Source: Lingula anatina
Taxonomy: Eukaryota; Animalia; Brachiopoda
Assembly: GCA_051362555.1 (NCBI GenBank)
Contig: CM120647.1
Coordinates: 9,734,001-9,798,000, forward strand
DNA length: 64,000 bases
Reading direction: 5' to 3'
In this document: one piece after another, positions 63,885-64,000 of the stretch
Numbering within the stretch: the stretch's first letter is position 1
Layout: each line of letters starts with the position of its first letter
Notes under the pieces: model-generated
What the model was told of the DNA's origin: nothing
Database searches by the model: none
The model's input: the letters and a program-made list of their open reading frames with translations, nothing else
Translations under genes and position numbers: made by a program

Positions 63885-63909
63885 CATATTATACTGCCAA
63901 CAGCAAAGA
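63885..63909 (+). other. Candidate 25-nt microexon
   Basis: Acceptor TTTTTTTTCTTTGTAG immediately upstream; consensus donor GTAAGT at 63910. Confidence 0.35.
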
Positions 63910-64000
63910 GTAAGTCACTTTTCTTTGAAATATCTCATAGTAAAAGGCAGAGGACAGGCTGCCTTATGCAAAACTTCTGGAGTTTTCTACATGAAGAAAA

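Noticed and set aside
130-63887. All listed six-frame ORFs as genes
   Set aside because: All are 121 aa or shorter, many start at non-ATG codons, many translate microsatellites or MITEs, and none has a recognisable domain
1-64000. tRNA genes, tRNA-derived SINEs, or autonomous transposase/RT genes
   Set aside because: No properly spaced A/B boxes or cloverleaf, and no long ORF or catalytic motifs seen

Overview
AT-rich eukaryotic (metazoan, probably invertebrate) genomic DNA with no recognisable protein-coding gene, rRNA, tRNA or CRISPR array. The six-frame ORFs are short, low-complexity or repeat-derived. The window reads like a very large intron or 5' regulatory region. It is CpG-depleted except for a CpG-retaining, promoter-like island at about 25.9-30.3 kb, and has a few candidate plus-strand splice sites and exons. 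It is densely populated by non-autonomous DNA transposons: PIF/Harbinger (Tourist-like) MITEs with TTA/TAA/CAG TSDs, three hAT-like families with 5-bp TSDs, a CAGGCCCGTAGCCAG family, and CCC-ended 2-bp-TSD elements. There are also two Helentron/HINE (DINE-1-like) elements, one of which has grown a 146-bp tandem array with a higher-order duplication. Mini- and microsatellites are abundant, and two tandem arrays carry multimerised nuclear-receptor motifs. I found no strong evidence for a novel protein-encoded system; the best leads are in transposon, satellite and cis-regulatory architecture. Coordinates were read by eye and may be off by a few bases.
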